A stretch of DNA of 63,773 bases, filler included, from Octopus bimaculoides (lineage: Eukaryota), in NCBI RefSeq assembly GCF_001194135.2. It is 6 parts of 5 records of this genome, joined end to end, with 100 filler letters (N's around TTAATTAATTAA, not from the genome) between each part and the next. Parts side by side here need not be neighbours in the genome. Positions count along the whole stretch, not along the records: positions 40,426 to 52,302 come from NC_068986.1; positions 52,403 to 56,919 come from NC_068982.1; 4 more parts are not named here. One strand, given 5' to 3'. A model generated the notes under the pieces. It was not told where the DNA came from and ran no database searches. It worked only from the letters and a program-made list of their open reading frames with translations. Position numbers and translations under genes: made by a program. This document shows positions 41,304 through 54,718 of this stretch, piece after piece. Within the stretch, counting starts at the first letter, position 1, and the number at the start of each line of letters is the position of its first letter.

Positions 41304-42145
41304 AGAATAATGCGAAGACTGATCAACCTGCAAAAAATTAAGTAGAACTGTGAAAACTGCAAACATTCAAAAGAAAACATGTGACGAAGACCACGCAATG
41401 AAAATGCAGTGAACAATACGTGTACATGAAATGTACAATGCAAACGGCCAATGAGAAAAATAGATACACGTGAATTTCTTCGAAGAATTCGACCTCTTAG
41501 CATTAAATTGAAACATAATTGTGTTGGAGTTTATAAACATGCTAATATGTTAACAAACAAAAGTTCGCAATGCAAACAGCATAGTAAACAATACAAAATA
41601 GTTTAAACTCCTTTGATTGCTATCTTATTCTGAATTATGAAGATGGCCATTTATTTCATATGAATTACAATATAAAATATACGACATCCTCGTGTTGTGT
41701 GTACACGTTGTTTGGTAATGCAGTAAGATATTTTCTGTGGCTTCATGATTCATTCTGTGTGGGAGCTAGTTTCATCCCTGTGCCGCTAGAGAAAAAGAGA
41801 AACAGTAAATGTGATATAGCAGCTTGAGATAATAAAAGTTCTATCCTTGCATGCATACGAAACAAAAGTTTGCTCCTCGACCAGCGGTTGAATTGACCGA
41901 CAAAATGTACTTCTTAAGTATAGCGCTTCAAAGAGGTCATTTTAAAACAATAGCTTTCTTCAGAGTTATCTTTCTGATACTTCCATGACCAGAGAAAGAT
42001 CAAGAGGTTAACTCATCCTCAGAAATCTCTAAGTGCAATGAGGAAAAAACAAAAGACCGGAAATTTGTTTGACAATTAAAAATGTGGATTCAGTCCCGAA
42101 TCTTCTTAGCTATACTATTCTGTATCTGATCACTAATACATACGT

Positions 42146-42240
<95 letters not shown>

Positions 42241-43115
42241 NNNNNNNNNNNNNNNNNNNNNNNNNNNNNNNNNNNNNNNNNNNNNNNNNNNNNNNNNNNN
42301 NNNNNNNNNNNNNNNNNNNNNNNNNNNNNNNNNNNNNNNNNNNNNNNNNNNNNNNNNNNNNNNNNNNNNNNNNNNNNNNNNNNNNNNNNNNNNNNNNNNN
42401 NNNNNNNNNNNNNNNNNNNNNNNNNNNNNNNNNNNNNNNNNNNNNNNNNNNNNNNNNNNNNNNNNNNNNNNNNNNNNNNNNNNNNNNNNNNNNNNNNNNN
42501 NNNNNNNNNNNNNNNNNNNNNNNNNNNNNNNNNNNNNNNNNNNNNNNNNNNNNNNNNNNNNNNNNNNNNNNNNNNNNNNNNNNNNNNNNNNNNNNNNNNN
42601 NNNNNNNNNNNNNNNNNNNNNNNNNNNNNNNNNNNNNNNNNNNNNNNNNNNNNNNNNNNNNNNNNNNNNNNNNNNNNNNNNNNNNNNNNNNNNNNNNNNN
42701 NNNNNNNNNNNNNNNNNNNNNNNNNNNNNNNNNNNNNNNNNNNNNNNNNNNNNNNNNNNNNNNNNNNNNNNNNNNNNNNNNNNNNNNNNNNNNNNNNNNN
42801 NNNNNNNNNNNNNNNNNNNNNNNNNNNNNNNNNNNNNNNNNNNNNNNNNNNNNNNNNNNNNNNNNNNNNNNNNNNNNNNNNNNNNNNNATATATATATCT
42901 ATCTATATATATATATATATATATGTATGTTTGTATGTATGTGTATATATATGTGTGTGTGTGTGTATGTATTATGTGTGTATGTATATATATAGTCACT
43001 GCGAAGATTTATCAACCTATTAAAGGGATGATTTCATCCAAGATACACTGGTTTAATACCTTATATTGTTGAGAAATATCTCTTCAATATAAATAGGTAT
43101 ATTATAGATATCGAA

Positions 43116-45515
43116 TATTATTAAGAAAATAGAAAATTTAAACGGATATAAATTAATTTATTAACATATTGTTAATTAAGCATACAATTGCTTCAGTTTA
43201 CACTCAATACAAATTACAAATCTATAAAATAAGTTTACATTTTAAAGATTTTGAATAAAATGTCATTAGAGCCGATGGACATTAAAGAAACTACATGCTG
43301 ATCAATTGAGATTCTCCGACAGACTAAGTAAATGAAAATATGTTTAATAAAAAATAATAAAAATAAAGATATAATAAAAATGAAAATAAATAAAAATAGA
43401 AATAAAAGTGTGTAAACAAAATAAAAATAAAACCATTATAAATGTGGATGTCTATTGCCTATGTTACTTTATGTGTGTGTGTGTATGTATGTGTGTGCAT
43501 GTGTGTGTTTGTGCGCGCGCTCATGCGTGTTAGCGTGTTAGAAAAAACTTACCAAATCAAATCCGTTTGTTTATATATGCGTGTACGCGTAATTATTTGA
43601 AAATAAAATCCAACCGTTATAATCTTGTATTATTTTCAAAGTAATCATCCTAAATCAATAACAAATACTTTAATATCAAATGTCGAAAAAAGAATTTCTT
43701 ACCTTTCGTCTAATGTAGAGAATTTCTATGATAATATAGAATACGATAATATAACGCTCGCAAAAACAGGATATAAATATACGATGAAATATTATAGGCC
43801 TAATGAAAACAATATAAATAAAAATAGAGATGATAAAATGCGAAATAAAACAATTTAAAATTATAATAAATGGACTAAAACTAGAACTATTAATAAACAT
43901 GTTATAAATAAAAATAATATGAATATAATAATAAACAATGATTATTTAAACCCTAAAATAAACAAACATAAATTTTAAAATTAGAATAAGAATAAAATAA
44001 GAATAATAATAACTTTGGAAAAATAAATATTAAGTCTAATTATGAATTCACGAAACCTAATACTAAATATAAAAATTATAACTATTTTGATCACTATCAC
44101 AAATAACAAATCTAGTAAAGCTGAAATTATTACGAATATGAATATCCAAGATAATACTTATGATATTCGTAAAAATAAAACTAACCGATATACTCTTTAC
44201 GTAAATTCTGCTAAATCAAATATGGATAATAATTGTCCTGATAAAGCTAATATTATATGGTTGATTATCCCCTTTGAAAAGCAGGTTAGAAATAACTTAA
44301 TCAATTCTCTTTATAGATCTATTTCTAAACACTTCACTAAAGATAATAAATATAGTGAAATAATTAACAATAAATCTATAAGAATTGGTTTCTCTTTATC
44401 TAAAAATGTTTTTAGAAGTATATCTTCAATAAATAACAAAAAATTGAATATTTTCTATAACAGTAGAAATATTAATAATACTGATTTATTGAATGACTAC
44501 CGTGATAAATCTTGCTGTAGGAATGATGATAATATGTTTTGTAATGATAGAAGGGAAATAACCCTTATTATCTCCCTTTTTAACCACACTAATATGAATA
44601 ATGATAATAGAATAATAAACGGAAATAATATTGGTAAAAATTCTATAATAAATGATGTAAATAATACTTCTGATTGTAGGATTTAGGATGAATGTAAATT
44701 TAATAGTTTTTGTAAGCAAGATAATCTAGTATATCGATGTATAGTAGAATCAGAAGATAAAAACTACTTTATACTGGATCAACCGAAAATCCCATCAAGC
44801 GACGGATTGCTAACCACGAAAATAATTTTAGAAACAGACAAAAAATGAAAAATACTAGTCTAAGCAAATTTATATGGATGTTAAAAGATAAAAATAAAAA
44901 TTATAAACTTGAATTGGAGATAATTTGTCACGCCGGATCGTATAGAATTTCTGATAGGCGATGTGAATTATTCGTAGAAGAGTTTTTTTTTTCAAAATCT
45001 AACATCTAAGCAAACTCTTTCATTCCAGACAAGAGACAATTTTTATCACGTACACATTCCTCTAAATATGTTTTTAGGAAGTATAATTAGAATAAATAAA
45101 ATTGAATACAATATATAACTGTATAATATATTACGTATAACTAGATTAAAAATTAAATATATAAAAATATATATGATATAAAACAATATAAATAATATGA
45201 TATAATACTCAAAAGTCTAATAATAATATTGATTATTTCAATTGATAAACTTAATTAACTGAGATAATACTTAATATTTTGATAGTAAATATTGTAAATC
45301 TATTAACAACACTAATTTTGATACGTAATACACTAAATCTTTATTCTAACGAAACAAAAATTGCATTCAACGTAATCACGTGATACACAATTTATACTAC
45401 TCTCTTGTTTAGCACTAATAAGATTTATCATTAGCATCAATGATCCTTAAATCTAATAATTAAAATTAACTGATATGAAAATTCTAAATAATATTAAGAT
45501 TAATCATAATTTTGT

Positions 45516-45557
<42 letters not shown>

Positions 45558-46108
45558 AAAATATTAATAACTTATATTTATTGATAAAGATATAGATGTC
45601 TAATAGTAGTATTTTCTTCAGTTTCTTTCATGTATACATACATGTACATACACGAATATAAACCTAATAATACAAGATTATAATGGTTGAATTTTATTTT
45701 CAAATAATTACGCGCACACGGACTTATAAATAAACGGATTTGATTTCATACGTTTTTTTCTAACACGCTTACACACACACACACGCACACACGCACAAAT
45801 TAACATAGGCAATAGGCATCCACATTTATAACAGTTTTATTTTTACTTTGTTTATACATTTTTATTTTTATTTTTATCATATTTTCTTAAATCTACTTAG
45901 TTTGTTGGATAATCTCAAATGATCAATATGTAGTTTCTTTAATGTCCATTGGCCCTGATGATATTTTACTCAAAATCTTCAAAATGTAAACATATTTTAT
46001 AGGTGTGTAATTTGTATTGAGTGTAAATTGAAACAATTGTAGGCTTAACAATATGTTAATAAATTAATTTATATCCATTTAAAATCTCTATTTTCTTACT
46101 TAATAATA
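43116..46108 (+). mobile_element. 5'-truncated Penelope-like element (C-terminal GIY-YIG type, probably Nematis-like) with inverted terminal repeat
   Basis: Inverted repeats 43116-43634 and 45666-46108. Internal: thumb-like QSNHPKSI..RISYLSS..GYKY; linker NIIWLIIPFEKQV..KHF..IGFS; DCR..ECKFNSFCKQDNLVYRC..YTGSTENPIKRRIANH..LSKFIW.LK. Confidence 0.85.
43625..45090 (+). pseudogene. PLE ORF remnant: RT thumb, linker, GIY-YIG endonuclease
   Basis: Track ORFs 43625-43858 and 44042-44686; stop at 44684, a frameshift near 44770 and further lesions; ends ..HSSKYVFRKYN*. Confidence 0.8.
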
Positions 46109-46899
46109 TATATATTTATATATATATATATATACATGATTTAATGTGAGCTACTATAATTTTCATGTCTCTGGCAATAAAATAGTCGAACGAGCGTGTA
46201 TAATGTGCCGTGTGTTATCAGGCAATTATTTGGGCTTCAACTACATGGCTGCTCTCTGCGAAAAAAAAAAAAAAACGGGATCGAGTGAGAAAAGACAAGA
46301 GAAAAAAAATAAATAAAAAACCTAACGAAAAAAAGCATGGATGGAAGGGGATAAGTGTTCTGCCCTTTCGGTCCGTTAGAAATGGAATTCGACAGGGAAC
46401 TGTTAAAGTTTGTGAGATTGCATGCTTAATGCAGAGAGGGTTGTGTTATCCAGTTCGATTTTAGAAACTTAACCAAATGTCCGCATTTTGTGAAAATTTC
46501 GGATCTAGAATTCAGTACAAAAGTGAGATTCTTAGATTTAAAAAGGATACGAGTTCTTTCAGCTATTCAAAGTCAGCACCTCTTTGACCTATAACCGTAT
46601 CGTGTGGATCGTTCTACGATGCTCCATTTCAATGTCGTGTGGTGTATTGTTGACGTTCAGGTCCCAGATATGGCTGGCAAACTTAGTGGTTTTCTTCTTA
46701 TTTACGTGTCGCAAAGAATACTAGTAGTTGGCATATCTGTTTTAAAAGTCACTTTCCATAGACCAATATACTTTCTCTTTTAAGTTTCATTATTTTGCAT
46801 AAAATAATCTTCTTAAAAAACTTCTTTCTTCGTGGCACACTCCCTTCAACATACAACAATGACAACAACGACAACGACGGTGATGACTACGATGATGAT

Positions 46900-47480
46900 G
46901 GTGCAATGGGATAATGAAAGTGAACATTGAAAGCCGGATATAGTGGATGTGAATAAAGAGAGAAAAAAATCTGCTTAATCATATATGTTGCATTCCCTAG
47001 TGATGGCAGGGTATCGGAAAGAGAAGTAGGTCAGATATTAGTTTAGTATAGCTATCCTCCCGGATGCTTCAATGATTTCATGCTTCAATGAGCTCTCCAT
47101 ATAACAGTCTGAGCCATTCTTAACATTCTTGTGTGGCAGCGTCTATTTGTTTGTGCTGGTTCTAAACTATGTGATGCGCAAGACCTTAAAGGGAAAAGAG
47201 GAAGAACTGGGGTTTAGGTGGGAAAGACGAAGAAATAGACAAATTACACCAAAGGCACTTATAGACTAGAACTTGAAGATCAGATACGATGACTTGAAAT
47301 GGGAATTGAAAATAACGTGGTTCATTGAAGAAGGTGAGTGTTATATCTATGTTGCCTGAGCCTTGGATACTATGTTTACCAAGTACACAAACCTAATGTA
47401 AAAGCTAAGAGTAAGTGTGAAGATAGAGCTTCTACAGGAAACATTGTTGCTTGGAACTGCACGAATCATCCTCAGAGTAA
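46900..47480 (+). mobile_element. R4/Dong-like RLE fragment, interrupted
   Basis: KPDIVDVNKER..ICLII.VAFPSDGRVSERE; RYDDLKWELK; VKIELLQETLLLGTARII. Confidence 0.7.
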
Positions 47481-47602
47481 GTGCCACCTCAATCCACTGG
47501 TTGTGCATACTTGACACTGCTGCATTCTCCAGCGAGGTTGCTGTATTAAACAAGATTTTAAAAATCCTTTCTACTAAAGACACAATGTCTGGAATTTGGT
47601 GG

Positions 47603-47751
47603 GAGGGGACTAGTCGATTATATCGACTCCAGTGATTCACTGGTACTTATTTTATCGACCTCTGCGGAATTTGAACTCAGAACGTAGCAACGGGCGAAAT
47701 ACCGCTAAGCATTTCGTCCAGCATGCTAATGATTCTGCCAGCTCGCCGACT

Positions 47752-47825
<74 letters not shown>

Positions 47826-48028
47826 CCTTTCTACTATAGGCACAAGGCCTGAAATTGGGGAGGAGGTAGTCGATTAGATCGACCTTAGTACACATTTGGT
47901 ACATCGACTTCGAAAAGATGAAAGGCAAATACAATCTCGACAGAATTTGAACTCAGAACGTAGTGACAGGCGTAATACCGCTAAGCATTTCGCTCGGCGT
48001 GCTAACGATTCTGCCAGCTCGCCGTCTT
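47603..48028 (-). mobile_element. Two SINE B copies separated by (AAT)n
   Basis: Both show gaatttgaactcagaacgtag...gctaagcatttcg...ctgccagctcgccg. Confidence 0.85.
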
Positions 48029-49550
48029 ATATATAACAATAATGATAACAACAACAACAACAACAATAATAATAATAGTAATAATAATCTTTTATTATTG
48101 TTGCTGCAAGTGCAATGCATGAGGGAACATTACAAGGTAGAGGCCGATTTAAGGAATCGAGCATGGATAAACAGACATGGAATAAGATAATATAATAACA
48201 AAAGAGAAGTGAAAGAAAAGCGCGTCCCAGGAGGGGAACATCCACATGGATTCAATCGAAGAACCCCAAAAGAAGTTCTCTCGCCTTACCCCGTCTTCTC
48301 CGGCCTATTCCTGAAGGCTATACTCACTATTCTCTGACGCGTTTCTACTAATATAATCGAAGTCAGTAGACTCCTCTTTCCCTTAACATTTCTCTCAAAG
48401 TGGTACTTGAGGAAGTTGATTGACCAAAGAGTATTTGTCCTCAGTCCACAACACTACCTTTTTTTGCTAGAGTTGCTAGATGGAAGGAAACTGCCTGCTC
48501 ATTCACGATGATTTCAGTTGATAACCTGATACATCCTACTTACGACAACAGCTGTCGGCATAACTCTACAGGCCAGCTGTGTTCAGACACTGCACAGTTT
48601 AATAGAAAGTATAGAGTATAAGAAGAAAACACTAGAAGGGGAATAATTTTAATCAGAGGTGTGCTAAAATCTAGAATTCAAAGAAACTTGTAGTTGTCTT
48701 TGTCAACAAAAATGAATCCATATGAATTCGGTAAATTGATCTATCGTGAGGAATGGAAGAATCTAACGTTTCAGACATTCGCCTTTCAAGAGGGGGGGAG
48801 GGGGAGAGGGAGACAGACAGACAGACAGAGATCGCAAACTTGAGATTGCAAAAAGCAATAAAGAAGGTACATTGAAGTGATGTGGGAGAACAGAGGGAAA
48901 ATCAGTAAAAGATTTTATGTAGTGTGTGGTGTGAAGATAGAAGAGGAAGTAAAGAGTGAGGGAGGGGTAGTAGGAGGACGGAAGATTAGGGTTGTATACA
49001 ATGGAAGCGAAGTCATGTGAGGTTGGCATATTTTAATATGATCGCATAGCATAGGGACAAAAGAACACACACATACACACACATGCACACACATGCACAC
49101 ACATGCACACACCGGGACACAAATTCACGCGCTAAGGAGTAAAGGGGAAGAAAGGGAAGGAAACGGTCGGAATAGATTGCAGAGATCAGTAAGATCAAGA
49201 GTTGTAAGGAAAATGCGTTGGAGTGAAATCAATAAGAAGTGTGAAGGTGAGCGAGGTCTAGATATAAAGTAAACGTAGGTGTACCGTCAAAATCCAACTG
49301 TATATACTGCACATGTGTCACACATAATACGTACAATGATAAGAACAATGTATACACAACTGGACATGACATTCAGCCACGCAGTACATATGCATACATA
49401 CACAGACATGCAGGAAGTAAATAGACAACTTTAATTTTCAAAATTTCTTATCTAAACGTCTTAATATGTTTTCAGCGGTGTAGAATTTAAAATGTAATTA
49501 TTCTTTTTCATTCCAGGTGCCATTATATTAAACATTTGCGAAGAGTAACC

Positions 49551-50090
49551 ATGCCACGCACAAAAAATTCAGCAGAACTGACAAATTTTCAAAGAGTTCG
49601 TATTGTTGGGCAATATGAGGCTGGTCTTAACCAGCGAAAAATTGCCGAAAATCTTCAAATTCCTCTTGCTACTGTTAATAGAATTATAGTGCAATTCAAA
49701 AGCCAAGGAAAAGAATCAACAGATTCTCGTTCCAGCCGACCTGGGCCCTCGGAAAAGAAACTTCGCTGTTTGAAGAGAATTGTGGAAAATGAACCCCGTT
49801 CGAAAGCTTCTGACATTGCAAAGCAGCTAAAAGTTAGTCCAAGAACGTCTTACATATCTGCATAAGCTTGGGTATTATGGAGGAGCAGCTAGAAGAAAAC
49901 CTCTCCTTCAACCAATTAATATCTTGAAAATAAAGAAATGGGCTAAGGAGATGTCAGAAAAATCCAGTTCATTCTGAGATAGAGCGATTTTCTCAGATGA
50001 ATCCAGATTTGCATTATTTTCAGACAGTCAAGAATTTGATTTGAAACGACTTCAACCAACTCTGAAACATGGCAGTTGTCAAGCAATGAC
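49551..50090 (+). mobile_element. Tc1/mariner transposase N-terminal half (pseudogene), cut off by a SINE
   Basis: [20 protein letters not shown] (HTH), ARRKPLL, RAIFSDESRF (first D), PTLKHG; one frameshift near 49850. Confidence 0.88.
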
Positions 50091-50094
50091 AGAG

Positions 50095-50300
50095 GGACAA
50101 ACATAGACACACGCGCACGCACATACACACACATATACGACGAGCTTCTTTCAGTTTCCGTCTACCAAATCCACTCACAAGGCTTTGGTCACCCCAAGGC
50201 TATAGTAGAAGACACATGACCAAGGTGCCACGCAGTGCTACTGAACCCGGAACCATGTAGTTGGTAAGCAAGCTATTTACCACACAACCACGCCAGCGTC
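50095..50300 (-). mobile_element. SINE family A, 5' half
   Basis: gcttctttcagtttccgtctaccaaatccactcacaaggctttggtc...ccaaggtgccacgcagtgctactgaacccggaacc. Confidence 0.85.
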
Positions 50301-50542
50301 TATATATAAAATGCATTATTAGCGATGGAAGCAGTATTAGTTTCAAATAGCAATCATTATATCATACTTAAAGCAGTTATATTGCTGAAAGATGGCTAAA
50401 CTACGGTATTCATCCCGAGAAGGCATCCTTTATAGAGTTGTTGTGTTAAAAACACATAAATATATAAGCAACAGACAAAATCGTCACACAACAGTGGTGA
50501 CATTGCTAAATACGTATTTCTGCTTCATAATATTATGTAATT

Positions 50543-50760
50543 AAGGCGGCAAACTGGTAGAATCGGTACCGCGTCGGACAAAATGCTTAGCGGCATTTTT
50601 TCGACTTTACGTTCTGAGCTTAAACGACGCCAGAGTTGACTTTGCCTTTCATCTTTTCGGGGTCGATAAAATAAGGACCTCTTGAGCACTGAAGTTGATG
50701 TAAACGACTTATGTCTTCCTCCGAAATTTGGAACTAATATCATTATGCCAAAATTTGAAA
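50543..50760 (+). mobile_element. SINE family B
   Basis: aaggcggcaaactggtagaatcg...ctttcatcttttcggggtcgataaaataag. Confidence 0.75.
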
Positions 50761-51729
50761 CTAATATTATTTATGCAATTATCTATTTATAAATTTAGTG
50801 TGAGGCAAGGGGCTAAATTATTAAGGGTCAAGTTAGGCATTGATTTCTGAAAGGAAGGAAATAGACCGGGTTGAGTCTATCAAAAAACTAGGTTATGTCA
50901 ATCTCTAGCCTTTTGAAACAGAGGAGTGGAGTTTCAGGAAAGATAGGAGCGGTTGCGGGGTCAGTGTGTAGAGAGCGGAAGTAATGGAAAAAAATATTTA
51001 AGTCGTTTTAGGATAAAACACTAATTTCTTGGTTATTCATTGTTATTTTGATATTAATGGCTAGTTATTGTTATATATTGCTTGTTTCTAGTTTAATGAT
51101 TCATAAAGTTAACATTCCACCAAGCCTCTTCGTNNNNNNNNNNNNNNNNNNNNNNNNNNNNNNNNNNNNNNNNNNNNNNNNNNNNNNNNNNNNNNNNNNN
51201 NNNNNNNNNNNNNNNNNNNNNNNNNNNNNNNNNNNNNNNNNNNNNNNNNNNNNNNNNNNNNNNNNNNNNNNNNNNNNNNNNNNNNNNNNNNNNNNNNNNN
51301 NNNNNNNNNNNNNNNNNNNNNNNNNNNNNNNNNNNNNNNNNNNNNNNNNNNNNNNNNNNNNNNNNNNNNNNNNNNNNNNNNNNNNNNNNNNNNNNNNNNN
51401 NNNNNNNNNNNNNNNNNNNNNNNNNNNNNNNNNNNNNNNNNNNNNNNNNNNNNNNNNNNNNNNNNNNNNNNNNNNNNNNNNNNNNNNNNNNNNNNNNNNN
51501 NNNNNNNNNNNNNNNNNNNNNNNNNNNNNNNNNNNNNNNNNNNNNNNNNNNNNNNNNNNNNNNNNNNNNNNNNNNNNNNNNNNNNNNNNNNNNNNNNNNN
51601 NNNNNNNNNNNNNNNNNNNNNNNNNNNNNNNNNNNNNNNNNNNNNNNNNNNNNNNNNNNNNNNNNNNNNNNNNNNNNNNNNNNNNNNNNNNNNNNNNNNN
51701 NNNNNNNNNNNNNNNNNNNNNNNNNNNNC

Positions 51730-52080
51730 TATGTGTGTAACAATTTTAGAGTTCGGATTCTCGAGTTAGGGTTAGTTTTAGGGTTAGGGTTAGGGTTGCG
51801 GTTACGGTTAACAGTCTAGTTAGGGTTAGTGTTAGGGTATTAATACGATATACACCGTTACAGCGCTAACTGTTTTTAACTGAATAGACGTCAGTGATTA
51901 GTAGAAATTATCGAAATAAGACAATTTTTTACATGAAATAAATTCGAATACAAAAATATTTTTCTGTTCTATAACACAAAATAGATAAGTATACGAAGTT
52001 TGAAAGTCTTTCCGTACCAAAAACACTACATAAAACATAAATGAAAACTGGCGCCCCCGTTTTAAAATAGATCCTGCTTT
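51730..52080. repeat. Interspersed repeat carrying a degenerate (TTAGGG)n tract (51763-51840)
   Basis: gttagggttagttttagggttagggttagggttgcgg... inside non-terminal sequence. Confidence 0.6.
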
Positions 52081-52258
52081 TATACAAATACATGTGTGAT
52101 TTACATGTATGTATGTATGTATGTATGTTTGTTTATTCGTGTTTGTGTATACATGTATGTGTATGTACATACATATATGTGCATCTATACCTATATGTAT
52201 ATATATATGTGTGTGTGTGTGTGTATTTATGTGCATACATATACATAAATATGTGTAC

Positions 52259-52302
<44 letters not shown>

Positions 52303-52402
52303 NNNNNNNNNNNNNNNNNNNNNNNNNNNNNNNNNNNNNNNNNNNNTTAATTAATTAANNNNNNNNNNNNNNNNNNNNNNNNNNNNNNNNNNNNNNNNNN
52401 NN

Positions 52403-52429
<27 letters not shown>

Positions 52430-52433
<4 letters not shown>

Positions 52434-52645
52434 TTGTGTGTCTGTGTTTGTCCTCCTAGCATTACTTGACAACCGATGCTGGTGTGTTTATGTCCCCGTC
52501 ACTTAGCAGTTCGGCAAAGAGACCGATAGAATAAGTACTAGGCTTCCAAAGAATAAGTCCTGGGGTCGATTTGCTCGACTAAAGGCGGTGCACCAGCATG
52601 GCCACAGTCAAAAGGCTGAAACAAGTAAAAGAGTAAAAGAGATAT
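52430..52645 (+). mobile_element. SINE family A, 3' half
   Basis: cttgacaaccgatgctggtgtgttt...gtcctggggtcgatttgctcgactaaaggcggtg. Confidence 0.85.
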
Positions 52646-53939
52646 ATATATTTACATATGCATGTATGTATGTATGTATGTATGTATGTTTGTATGCGTG
52701 TGTGAATGAGTAATAATTCACCTACATTATGAATTATTGCTCCAAATATCCCAAACAAAAGACAAGACACCTCCTATGAAAGTTGAAGTATAAAATCATA
52801 ATTAAGAGGGTAGGTGGGTGTACGTGAATTTGGTTGCTTGTATTCAGAACGTCTGACTGTATACCACTCCTTTCGGTAACTATGTAAAGAATTCGTGTAA
52901 TATAACTTCAGATATTTATCAAGGGACCGTACTGTAGTTTGTTAAAGTTACCTCCCTTGTAATATAGACAAGCAAATTAGTTATTCTTACAGAATAAAAT
53001 GTGCTGAATACACTCAGGGTTAATTAGCAGGGCTTAAAAATAAACTATACTTACCTGGTATATAGGTAAGTTTTTAAGTGAAGATTTCAACCTACGCTGT
53101 TGAGTCCGAGACTGGTGAGGTAAAAGTTCCGTTTAAATTACTGCAGGTTAACGCTAGCAGGAAAGATATGAGTAGGGAGAGGATTCGAGACGGTCGATGT
53201 TCTGGTGAGAAAAGATCGGGCTTAATGGTGAGGGCGAGGTCTGAGGATGATGGGAGTACCAAGAGTGACGAGTGGAATGGGGATACTTGAGTGATGGAAG
53301 TACGCGACCAGCCAGCTTCGACGAACATCTTATAATAATTCTACATGTTCTTCCGTTACTTAATCCGCCCGTAAAGCTTCCACGTAATAAGTTGAAGGGG
53401 GAGGGAAATGTGTAATTTTTTTTTAACTAAGTCTAGGTTTTTTGTTCTCCGTTACTTAGCCCGTCTGCAACACTTTCACATGACGAGAAAGGCGAGGAGC
53501 GAAAGAAAAAGATTAAGAGTGGGAGAGAAGGAGGGAGAGTGCCGTGTATTAAGTCTATAAAATTTTGCACAGAATATATAAAGTGAATATATAAAGTGCA
53601 TTGAGTAATCATCGTATTCCAAATTCCTTCACTTTTCAGTGATTAACAGATGAACGATTATATTTTGATATAGACACAACACAAACAACGCTTTCTGGCT
53701 GAACATTTGGATTGACTGTGAAGGCTCTGACTGAGTGCCACTTACGTTTTGTGAGGAATATGATGTATTGTGTTTTCCTGATATGAGAAGTTTTTGAGTT
53801 TTTGCAATTAAAAGAAAAACGAGTTGGCATGAGATCACTAAAGAATGCCGTCATGGTCTCTGTTAACGGAATCTAGACCAACTTCAGCGTTTGTAGTATT
53901 AAAAGTGCTAAAATCTAACTTAGATGATAAGTCAGAACC

Positions 53940-54470
53940 ATTTACACCAATCAGAGCCTGTATTACAATTAAGGACCATAAGGATAACTTCTTAAATAAA
54001 ATACGTCAGATTAATATTCCCTAACAAACCAGATCTAGGTAAACTAAGTAAAGTAATTTTGGATAAGCACCTACCAACACTGAAAAACAAAATTAAGCTT
54101 GAACTATGGAGTAACACCCAAAATGCATTAGACTGGTTCTCCAACATACAAAATAAGAATAAACAGAAATTCTTGCAAATAGACATACAAAATTAACCCT
54201 ACAGTTTTGAACAGTGCATTTTCGCTAGGAAATTCATTAATTTAAGTATGAGGGAAATCAATGTACTCATGGCCTGAAAAACTGTTATCGAATTTGGTAA
54301 CACACTATGGACAAGAAATGACACACCTAATCTTTTTGATATCACAATGGGCTCGCTGGACTCAGCTGAAGCGACGGACTGTTTGTTAGATAACATAAAT
54401 AGAGAATTCTCCGAATTAAGAGGGGGTCTGTATAGAGATGATGCACTTTTTATACTATCATCTCTTCTAT
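53940..54470 (+). pseudogene. Penelope-like reverse transcriptase core fragment
   Basis: ITIKDHKDNF, RLIFPNKPDLGKLSKVILDK, LWSNTQNALDWF, FDITMGSLDSAE, GLYRDDAL; two stops and one frameshift. Confidence 0.85.
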
Positions 54471-54539
54471 GAATAATAAAAAACTTGACACTTTTTACTT
54501 AAATAGAAAAAATAGTAACAGTAACAGTAATGTTAGCAC

Positions 54540-54599
<60 letters not shown>

Positions 54600-54682
54600 C
54601 CTCTGTTCCTCTCTATAATTGAAATTAACCTTAACCTTATTTTAGTACCTAATTTATTTATATGTATGTATATGTGTATACT

Positions 54683-54718
<36 letters not shown>

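Noticed and set aside
51763-51840. True telomere or chromosome-fusion site
   Set aside because: The tract is short, degenerate and embedded in interspersed-repeat-like sequence.
53047-53058. ATACTTACCTGG matching the U1 snRNA 5' end
   Set aside because: Only 12 nt match and the rest of U1 is absent; it is the reverse complement of a splice-donor consensus.
54271-54276. In-frame TGA in the PLE RT as possible selenocysteine (as reported for some Naiad PLEs)
   Set aside because: The position fits an A-R-K motif, so CGA>TGA decay is simpler; the fragment also has a TAA stop and a frameshift.
43625-54470. One permuted EN-then-RT (Naiad-like) element spanning both PLE pieces
   Set aside because: The pieces are 9 kb apart with unrelated elements between them, and the EN is preceded by thumb and linker sequence, i.e. 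the C-terminal-EN architecture.
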